Shown piece by piece: positions 27,101-37,572 of a stretch of 64,000 nt of DNA. A program made the position numbers and the translations under genes. Source of the DNA: Lytechinus pictus (lineage: Eukaryota); contig NC_087260.1 in assembly GCF_037042905.1 (NCBI RefSeq), positions 10,788,001 to 10,852,000 of the forward strand, in the 5' to 3' direction. The notes below the pieces were generated by a model. It saw only the letters and a program-made list of their open reading frames with translations. It was not told the origin of the DNA and made no database searches. Each line of letters begins with the position of its first letter. Position 1 is the first letter of the stretch.

Positions 27101-30100
27101 ACATTATCAACAGGCAATCAGGCACCATAACACCTTCATGTCGGCATCGGTCTAAAATCTTCTACAAACCAACAATTTTAGTGATGAATGAAAATACAAA
27201 GGAAGTGATATCGTGTACATAATTTTAGTAACATAGCTAAAGCTATCACAAAAAAAAATAAATTGGTCACATTGCGTATTCCTACAGCACATCGGATCAT
27301 ACACCACCACAGTGATGCATCAGACACACGAGTAAACATACTTATGTAACTTTCTGGGAAAATCTGTAGACTACATGTATGGTACTGGAAAAAATTGGGA
27401 CATGTGGGCAGAAAAAGGGGAACAAAATAAAGGGATGTATGACTACATCATAACCTACATTATTCCACTGTATATCATTCAAGTCATCTTTCCCTTCCCC
27501 TCTCAAAAATTCACTTGCCAATGTATGGGATACTAATAAATGGGTAAAACAAGGCAGAAAAAGGGGAAAATAAAAGGAAGAGATGTATGACTATGACTAC
27601 ATCATAACCTACATTATTCCACTGTATATCATTCAAGTCATCTTCTCCTTCCCCTATCAAAAATTCACTTGCCAATATACTACTTAATGGGTAATATACT
27701 AATAATTAATGGGATACTAATGGGTAAAACAAAATAAAAAGAAATTTCACTGTCTCTTGTACCATTCTGAAGTAAAAAAAAAAAAAAAGTAGCTAAATTG
27801 CATGGTGTTCAGGAACTTCAATGTCTTCGTTGTCCTCCCCGCGCCGAAATCCTATATAGACCCCTGATGGCTGTGGGAATTCCTGGCGGATCCTTGAAAC
27901 AACACAGGAGGGTATGACTTTCCGGACGCCCCTTCCAAGGTACCCATGCACCAGGTACGTAAAAAGCCTATAGCTGGCATAACGATACGACCTATGAATA
28001 AAAAAAATAAATGGAAACAAAATTAATGGAAATTATAATAATTTACATCAAAGTAAATTTAATCATATGATTCTGTGCAGTTGTGGCTCCAAATTTTTAA
28101 AGCAAAAAAAAAAATAAAAACAATACCATTACCAGCTCATGTACTCAGTCTCTTGCACCATGGGTATTGTTACATGAAGATATTGATGATGAGTACGAAA
28201 TCATGGGATAACAGTGTTTTTCTATTATTGATCTCCAAGTACAATGAAAGGCCAGATTAATAAAAAAAAATTAATAGAAATCCATTCACGGCCTATTTTG
28301 CTCCAGTTTTGATGAGATTTTTACTTTGTTTAGCCATCTTTATTAAGGTAACGTCATGTCAATGGCTAGCATGGCCATGGATTTATACATGTACCGGTAA
28401 TTATACATCTACATTTCAGATTTTCGCATTTTCCCCCCTTGGATTTCCACCCATCGACTGCCCGTCTTATTATACTTTGTAGTACAGATACATACGGGTA
28501 GATTTTATTTTTAGTAAAACATCTACATGGTCTATGTGCACACTACACAGAATAAGACATTCATTTATATACGGTATGCCCTTTCACTTTATGAATATGA
28601 ATCTAACTTACTTGTTGTCAAGTTCTTGGTTTGGGGCTCTTCCTCTAACACGTGCACGGGCTCTGTGTCCGCGAATGTCCCTCCGAGCAACGTTGAAAAC
28701 ACGCAATACTACTCTCGTTAGACATACTCTAACAAAATCTTCGTGGTCTCTGACACAACCATGAGCCTGAAGGTCCAAGCACCTTGCTATTTCTCTGCAA
28801 CAAATACATTCAATAGCTGTGGGCATCACAACACAGTTGCCACAGCCACACCACTCGTTGTTGGCAAGCCTTGCCTCTGCCTGGGCCTGGGCGATAGCCT
28901 CTGGATCAGGGTCTTCGTCCGCGGCAGCAGGGTATCCATTTCCTACGACTGGTGCTTCATTTATGTCCCATTCTGGCTGGAACGCGAATCCAGGAGGTCC
29001 AGCCATTGTCTACTGCACCATAGATATAAAATAAGAAAATTTCCAAAACTCCGATTCGAGGGAATATACTGTAAATGATAAACAAACGGTCTAAAATCGA
29101 TGTCGCAAGTTGATTGATGTAAAAACAGCAAACGCAGAAAGCTTGTATGAGGTGTGTACATGTACTGTATACTGTACCGGTACTGGTATCGGCTAGATCA
29201 AATTCAGTCACAGTGCGTACGTGGGTCGAGTTCGCCCGATCAAACTCAGCAACAAAATTGACTGATAAATTCAGGAATATGGTCTAAAAAGTTATGTAGA
29301 TACCTTGTAATACAATTTGATGTATACCCGTCGCTGTAAACGTCATTCATCACTATTAAAATACATATAATAAAATATATCTTCGTAAAGTACCGAGAAT
29401 TGGTCTACGAATAAATTTTGCTCGGCGGGCGAGATTATACCGGTCGAGATCGAGGGCAGTGTCGCACAACACGGCTCGCTGCTAGATCTCGCGCTAGCGC
29501 GCGCTACGAGTGCAAAGCTAGTAGAATCGCATCGTTTCTTAGCGAGAGAGCGGAAGTCTGTTGACCCAAATCATAGTGAGTGCCCTACGTCACAGAAAAT
29601 CGCGTCGCAATGCATTGTGGGGTAGAACAGCCTCTTTCGAAATTTTCTAACCCGATTTTAACACAATCTTTAAAAAATCATTAAAAATCTCCCGATGACC
29701 AATTTTCGAAAAGAAAACTATTTTTGGGTATCTCATATTTTTGTCTTTCGGTAAAACACCTTTTTAAGCCGGCCTGGACTTGTCCTTTAAAACTTACACT
29801 ATTTACGAATATATCTTTATCAGTCTGCTCAGTGGTTGAATTGATTAAAGTTGATATATAGGATGGGCATCACGCAAGGCTTATACCTTGGTAGGTATTC
29901 TGAACAGTTCTCTCTCATCCTAATATCTTCATTATTGTAATCATCGTAACAAAATTTGAACACCATCACATACGGTATGTGGTGGTGTTGATACCACGGT
30001 GATTTTGTTTTCCTTTACCGAAGTATGATATGAAGACGATGGAGAATGTTTTCCATTGAAGCAAAGAAGGTATATTTTCCAATTCATCAGAGAGTTTTGA

Positions 30101-33100
30101 TATCACGAAGATAGATGATTCGGATAGAAAAAAATATCCGACTTTTGTTCTTGTCTTGTTTCAGACAGTTCCCTATTTGGTTTTCCCTTTTGAAAGTCGT
30201 AAAACAATTCGCCAAGTATCATATTTCATTTCCGCCGATTCAAACACCCGGTATACACAGTCCATGGCCATGTCAAATTTACGCCACGGATAGTTACCTC
30301 CATCGGGGAGCTGATTCGTCCTCAAAACCGACTGGAGCCGGCGATGTTGACAAACGACTAAGATCGATTCATAGAGTTTGCCATCCCCTGTCTTGTTTTT
30401 AGTTCGCTATTTAGCCCCCCCCCCCCCTCCCCTTCGAAAATCTTAAAAATATTCACCATCTATTACGTTTTATTCCCGTTAATTCAAATACCCGGTTCAA
30501 ACCGGCATCCATGGTCGGATTACCCCCGGTTATTTACCTCCATCGGGGCGCTTCGTCCACAGAGCCGACTGAAACCGGCGATGTCGGCAAACATGACCGA
30601 GGCTGACTCGTACAGTTCACCATTCACGCCTTCCGTATTCATCAACCGTAGAGCAACCGAAGGCGGCAACATCGAATTAAGAAGGTAAGTGGATCGCTTT
30701 TTCTCCTTGTTGAGTTCCTAGGCAATGACGGACATGGAATAGATGATTTTAAAACAAATATCACATTGATTTATGGGTGCCCCCCCCCCTCCCCCTCGTG
30801 GATTCGTTTCATAAAAGTATGGTACTGTGCTATTATGGCAAATTGGCAACTACCATGGTAGTAAGTAGCCAATCAAAAGGTTTCCACGATGGTCACACTA
30901 ATGTCTCAAAGTTACAATAAATTCTTTATGAAACGGGTCCAATTCCCGATAGAACATCACTGAGTACGGACTATCGTGTTTTTTTTTTCAAATATAATAA
31001 TTCAAACAAGGATTACATTTAACATGGTGATGGATAATTACTAGTGTTAATCACTAACTGGAAAGCTGAAAATCCCAAATAAGTATGAATCACATCTTCA
31101 CATTATTTATTAGTGAACAGACTTTGAACACTCACACAGTGGACACACTGTTTGACACTCTGAAGCTTTGAACACACTTTGAACACTCACACCGTGGACA
31201 CACTGTGTGACACTCTCAAGCTTTGAACACACTTTGAACACTCACACCGTGGACACACCGTGTGACATTCTCAAGCTTTGAACCCACTTTGAACACTCAC
31301 ACCGTGGACACACTGTGTGACACTCTGAAGCTTTGAGCACACTTTGAACACTCTCACCGTGGACACACTGTATGATCCTCTGAAGCTTTGAACACACTGA
31401 ACACTCACACCGTGGACACATTGTATGATCCTCTGAAGCTTTGAACACACTTTGAACACTCACACCGTGGACACACTGTGTGACACTCTCAAGCTTTGAA
31501 CACACTTTGAACACTCACACCGTGGACACACCGTGTGACATTCTCAAGCTTTGAACACACTTTGAACACTCACACCGTGGACACACTGTGTGACACTCTG
31601 AAGCTTTGAGCACACTTTGAACACTCTCACCGTGGGCACACTGTATGATCCTCTGAAGCTTTGAACACACTGAACACTCACACCGTGGACACATTGTATG
31701 ATCCTCTGAAGCTTTGAACACACTTTGAACATTCACACCGTGGACACACCGTGTGACACTCTCAAGCTTTGAACACATTTTGAACACTCTCACCGTGGAC
31801 ACACTGTGTGACACTCAAGCTTTGAACACACTTTCAACACTCACACCGTGTACACAATGTATGATCCTCTGAAGCTTTGAACACACTTTGAACACTCACA
31901 CCGTGTGACACTCTGAAGCTTTGAAAACACTTTGAACACTCACACCGTGGACAGACTGTGTGACACTCTGGAGCTTTGAACACACTGAACACTCACACTG
32001 TGGACACACTGTATGATCCTCTGAAGCTTTGAACACACTTTGAACACTCACACCGTGGACACACTGTGTGACACTCTCAAGCTTTGAACACACTTTGAAC
32101 ACTCACACCGTGGACACACTGTGTGACACTCAAGCTTCGAACACACTGTGAACACTTACACCATGGACACACTATGTGACACTCTGAAGATGTGAACACA
32201 CTGTGAACACTCACACCGTGGACACACTGTGTGACACTCAAGCTTCGCACACCCCTTTGAACATTCGCACTGTGAACACACTGTGAGAACTCACACTGTG
32301 GACACACTGTGTAATACTCTAACTTTGAACATACTATGAACACACGGTGAAAATTCACACTGAGAATACACTGTTAACACACTGTGGACACTGATACTCT
32401 TAATACTGTGAACACCCTCTAAAAACACTGTGAACACACTCTGTGACACTGTGATCTTTCCAGCAGGGCGTGTGTATGATACCTTGGTCTGTGTTGCCAG
32501 CGTAAGGGCGTAGTTTTGTAAGACTGTGGTCAATGACCAGATCGCCCGGAGGGTGAGCGGACACATTATGATGACGACTACCACGAGGAAGATGCTGACG
32601 GCGATGTTTTCAGTGTCGTCCTCAAGCTCCTTCTCGAGTCGGGTCAAGATCTCATCGGCCATATTCTTCTGAACCTTCTCTAGTATGTCGATATAGACCT
32701 GGACAAGAGAGAGAGAGAGAGAGAGAGGGAGGGGATAGAGTAGAGAGGGAGAGAGATTGGGAGGGAGAGGGAGAGAGAGCGGGTCGGTCATTTCGAAGTT
32801 CCAATAACTTTTTCAAGTGAAAAAGAAAAAGTCAATATGTTGAAATACTATTTGAGCGCATACTGTTTTTATAAACTCTTGTGCTTCGACAAAATGACAA
32901 ACAAAATGAATCAAACAACAGGTATGTAGGTCTTTAAAAAAAACTGCAATTTAAAACGATCTGAGAAACGAACAAACGAACGAACGACAAACAAAAAATG
33001 AATAAACAAAATAATTAACAAATGTACGAACGGAAAAACGAACGAATAAACGAGTACACGAACAAACTCACGAACGAATAAACGACATAAACGAAAAATC

Positions 33101-36100
33101 CATTGCAAAAAACCTACCGTCATACTATCAAACCAAAGTGTAGCACTTTCGAAGTTCGGTTGGGTACTTTCCACTGAATTCTCTAGAATCTCTTTCCTCA
33201 TATCAAGAATAGTGAGCGTAAAATTGGCAAAATCTGCTATATTCCGCATCTATATTTGGAGAAGAAAATAAGAATAAAGTTATTAGAATATTTGTGAGAT
33301 TTGATTCGTAGTTGCAAACAGAACCTTTGAAGAAAACAAAAACTAACGCACGAGTACACCTAAAACAGATTACCTCTTTCAGTTCTGGGATACGAAGATC
33401 ATATGTGGTGATTATGGATGATGATGGTAATGATTACGACGACGATGATGATGATCGTGGTGATGATGACGATTATAATGTCGATGATGATGATGATGAT
33501 GATGATGATGATAATGATGATAATGATGGTGATGATAGTGATGATGGTAAAAATTATCATGATGACGATAATGATGGTGGTGGTGGTGACGGTGGTGTGC
33601 GGATGATAATGATGACAATGATGATGATGACGAACGATGACGACGACGATGACGACGATGATCAAGATCGTGATAGTGATGACCGCCGTGATGATGATGA
33701 TGATGATGATAATGATGTAGGAGGTGATGGTGACGACGATGATGCTCAATTAAACCTACTACAGATTTTGGAATTAATCCTGTACTTTTCTATTCATGAT
33801 TTAACACTTAATTGCCTCCTTTTATTTCATTCAGGAAACAAACACATGGATGATAACCTCTTAAAAAGAATTCGAGTATTTTGAGTGATTAAAAAAAAAT
33901 TATTATAGTATAGTTTGGTATAGTATTTGTTTTCCGTATAAAAACAAAAAAAGTGCAAAACGGATGGATAGCCCATATTCAGTTTAGTCGACATGACAAT
34001 ACTGTTCTTCCATGGGTCCATATACAATAAAAAGTAACATATATGAAATAAGCATAACATATACGGTAAATCAAACAAAATAACAATTTAGTGATATAAT
34101 ATATCTTGTTTATATATCAAGATTATAAAATTCAATAGTTTTGCCAGAATTTACACGAAATATTTGACAAAATGAATGAATTGAATGAATTAGGCTGCTA
34201 GCATATTATTGAAAAAAGGTTTTCACAAGGAGCAAGAAATAATAAAATGAATATACAATGAACTGAATGGCATATATGCAATGCTATTTTAAGGGGAAAT
34301 TGGTATCTTTCACGAAACCTACAGTATTTTCATGAAGAGCAATATAAGAATTTACACAAACGATCAGTTACCAAATCTGCACATAGAATTCCACGAAAAA
34401 GCTCGAATCTACGTGGTTGTCCATCCAATATTGTATTTGGTGCGATTTCACATGTGTATCTCGCAAATTGTTCTTTGTTTAATTTCTACGGATATGTAGA
34501 TATAAACTTTCACATTTGAACTTTGAAATTATTTGAAAATGCATACCTCTCTTTCGTAGAATTGTTGGATGAGCGGGGAGTACCTTTTGGATGCCGCAAA
34601 GTTCCAAGAGCCCACGTTGTATTTTTCCATATACCAGACATAATCTTCGTGCCTCTCAAAACCACCGAGGGTGTAGAAAACTGCACCTATTTCAGATAGA
34701 TGTGATAGTAATTTAAAAAAATATTTAAACCTGTCTTCTTGTTCCGTGCTAATCATAACCAAAAGTCGTTATAGTAAATGTCTATCACCCCCCCCCCCCC
34801 CCCATAAAAAATCAAACATTCCAGACAAGAAGTGCAGGTCTACTTTTTAGTTCAACTTCTTTCGTTAACAAGTGACAATCGAGAGAAACTTTTGCTAAAA
34901 TAAACTCAAAAAGATATACTTTCATTGCGGAATATATCTGCCCCCCCCCCTCCCTGGAAGAAAGCAATAGCTACATATTAGTGCATTATAATTCGGCCCA
35001 CTGCTTTCTTCGTTTGGGGTCGGGGGTCGACATCATCACTTACCGAGTGTTCTTTCGATACCCGTATCGACGTTGCTGACGATGAGGAGCTGGTAGGCGA
35101 CCAGGATCTGCCATGAGCCGTGCCCCTGTGAGTTCCCGACGCTCTCGTAGAGCCAATCGATGAAGATCTGCAGCATGTCGGTGTAAAATTCGATCTCTCT
35201 ATACACCGTGGTATTCTCGTGGTGTAGACGCTGGCGGTGTCGCTCAAGATTTTCCTTGAAGTCGTTCTTCTCTCGAAAGAAGGGCAGCTCCTATCAGAAC
35301 GTTTAAAAAGTAACTTTTTCAATTACCATTTCCTTTATTTCAAAAAAGCAAAAGTCAATATTTTCAAGGCCGAGTCCACCTTATCAAGAAGTTGGTAACA
35401 AATAAAAGGTATAGCAGTGAACGTTTCATCAAAATGGGATGTAAAATGGGAGAGAAACGACGTTTTGAATTGTGCTTATTTTTACAAAGTGTGTAAGGAG
35501 CTGATGGTGACTCACACTTACTATCTATCTATCTATCTATCAAATTTATTAAATGAAGGATAGGATGTAGATCTAAACCGTTTTAGGTGCATTCTTGCAC
35601 CATAAGTAAACAAGGTGCAAAAATGCACCCTTTCATTCCTGTTTGCACATGGTAGGGTGCACTCATTCTTGCGTTCAAAAGGTGCATAACCCTTCCCAAA
35701 GCCTACCGTTATAAAGTGCACAATATAGCTAACTTCATGTTTAAAGTTACAAAAAGTTAATAAGGTGCAAAGTTTCAGCACGAAAAGGTGCTCCGAACAA
35801 TGCATTTGAGGGATCCACAATTGCATTCCCCCCTTATGTGTAGAGATGGTTGAATGTTAACACATTACTACGGATTTCGACCCCTTTCGATATTACCCCT
35901 CCTTACGTTGAGAATACTGGTTTCCACCGGCCACTCCTGAAGTTCATCGAGTGCTATGTCGGTCAAGGGGTATGTCTCTGTCAGGAATGCCTTGCTGTTT
36001 GGTGCAATCACGCTGACGTAGAGGGCGGTCATGTCACGCTCTCGTTGCAACCGGCTGAGGAGGAGACCGATGTTTCGACTGAACCGGATGACGTTACGGA

Positions 36101-37530
36101 TCTCGATATCGACACTGTAGAAGAGGGAGGGGACAAAAATAGGAGAGAGGGGTGGGGATGGAGAGAGAGAGAGAGGGGGGAGACAAAAATGATGAAGAGG
36201 GGAGGGGAAGAAAGTGACACGGAATGAGAGAGTTATAATACTTCAACATCTACTATAGATCATGCGTGAACCACACCATCATGACAGGGCAATTCATACT
36301 GTCAAACGAAAGGTTGACAGTATGAATTAACACAATCGACAACCATATNNNNNNNNNNNNNNNNNNNNNNNNNNNNNNNNNNNNNNNNNNNNNNNNNNNN
36401 NNNNNNNNNNNNNNNNNNNNNNNNNNNNNNNNNNNNNNNNNNNNNNNNNNNNNNNNNNNNNNNNNNNNNNNNNNNNNNNTTATCTGTTTATTTAATTAAA
36501 GGTCAAATCCACCCCAGTAAATTGTTGATTTGAATCGATAGAGAAAAATCAAACAAACATAACGCTGCAAATTTCATCGAAATCGGATGTAAAATAAGAA
36601 AGTTATGACATTTTAAGTCTCGCTTATTTTTCGCAAAACAGTTAAATGCACAACTCAGCGATATGCAAATGAGAGGGTCGATGATGTCCATCACTCACTA
36701 TTTCTTTTGTTTTTTTATTGTTTGAATAATATAATATTTCAATTTTTACAGATTTGACAATAAGGACCAACTTAACTTAACCATAAACTGTTAAAATAAT
36801 GGTAATTCCCCATGTTCAGGGAGAAATTAAACTTTTTTTCACTTGACAAGGAGGATAAAATTAGAATATTTCATATAATAAAATACAAAAGAAATAATGA
36901 GTGGGTAACGTCATCAGTCTGCCAATTTGCATACCGATCAGGATGTGCATATAACTGTTTTGTGAAATTAAGCGAAACTTTGAAATGTCACAACTTTCTT
37001 ATTTTACATCCGATTTTGATGAAATTTTCAGTGTTTTGCTTGTTGTATTTTTTTCCTTTTTTCAAATCAACTTTTTGTTGGGGTGGACTTGTCCTTAAAT
37101 ACTTCAGCACCTACTACACAGTGGCCATGTGAATAAACACAATCGACAGCCATATATATAAATACATGTGAAAATAAATAGATAAATAAATATATAAATG
37201 CTATGAATGGTTATATATTCTCTGTATATTTAATTAATACTTGAGTACCTACTATACAGTACAGTGGCGTAATAAGGCAAAATAAAATCGAGGGGGCTCA
37301 TTCTGGTGTATTGCGTAATTTTTTTTTTTAAGTTGTGAGCGAGTGAAGCAAGCGAGCAAAAATTTAGACACTTTTATTACCAAAAAAGTTTGTGATAGCT
37401 TTTGACATAATATTAATAAAATTATATTCCTGCCTTATCCCTGTCCTTTTCACTTGTTTTTCTTGGTCGTGATTTTTTTTTTTTTGGGGGGGGGGGACAC
37501 ATCTACACACACACACATAACACAACTGCC

Positions 37531-37572
<42 letters not shown>

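Larger units (their letters stand above)
12287..29786 (+). mobile_element. Autonomous Kolobok DNA transposon (17.5 kb) in NIT-GC intron 8
   Basis: TTAA(12283-86)|AGGACAAGTCCA ... TGGACTTGTCCT|TTAA(29787-90): perfect 12-bp TIRs with a TTAA TSD. It encloses a THAP-DDE transposase (+) and a convergent KolX gene (-), the layout known for Kolobok. Confidence 0.92.

Noticed and set aside
27793-29006. A true P2X7 receptor gene
   Set aside because: No TM or ectodomain exons; it lies within transposon TIRs.
12287-29786. KolobokP-type long terminal direct repeats or an LTR element
   Set aside because: The two ends share only the 12-bp inverted repeat; no direct repeat and no RT or integrase.
31116-32450. 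CRISPR-like array or Cys/His-rich repeat protein ORFs
   Set aside because: Contiguous tandem units with no unique spacers, eukaryotic intron context and no cas genes; the ORFs are by-products of the repeat.
33312-33884. Poly-Asp/His/Met ORFs (also near 9.5-10.2, 11.6-12.2, 44.8-45.2 and 62.0-62.5 kb)
   Set aside because: Translations of CAT/GAT microsatellites in introns or intergenic DNA.
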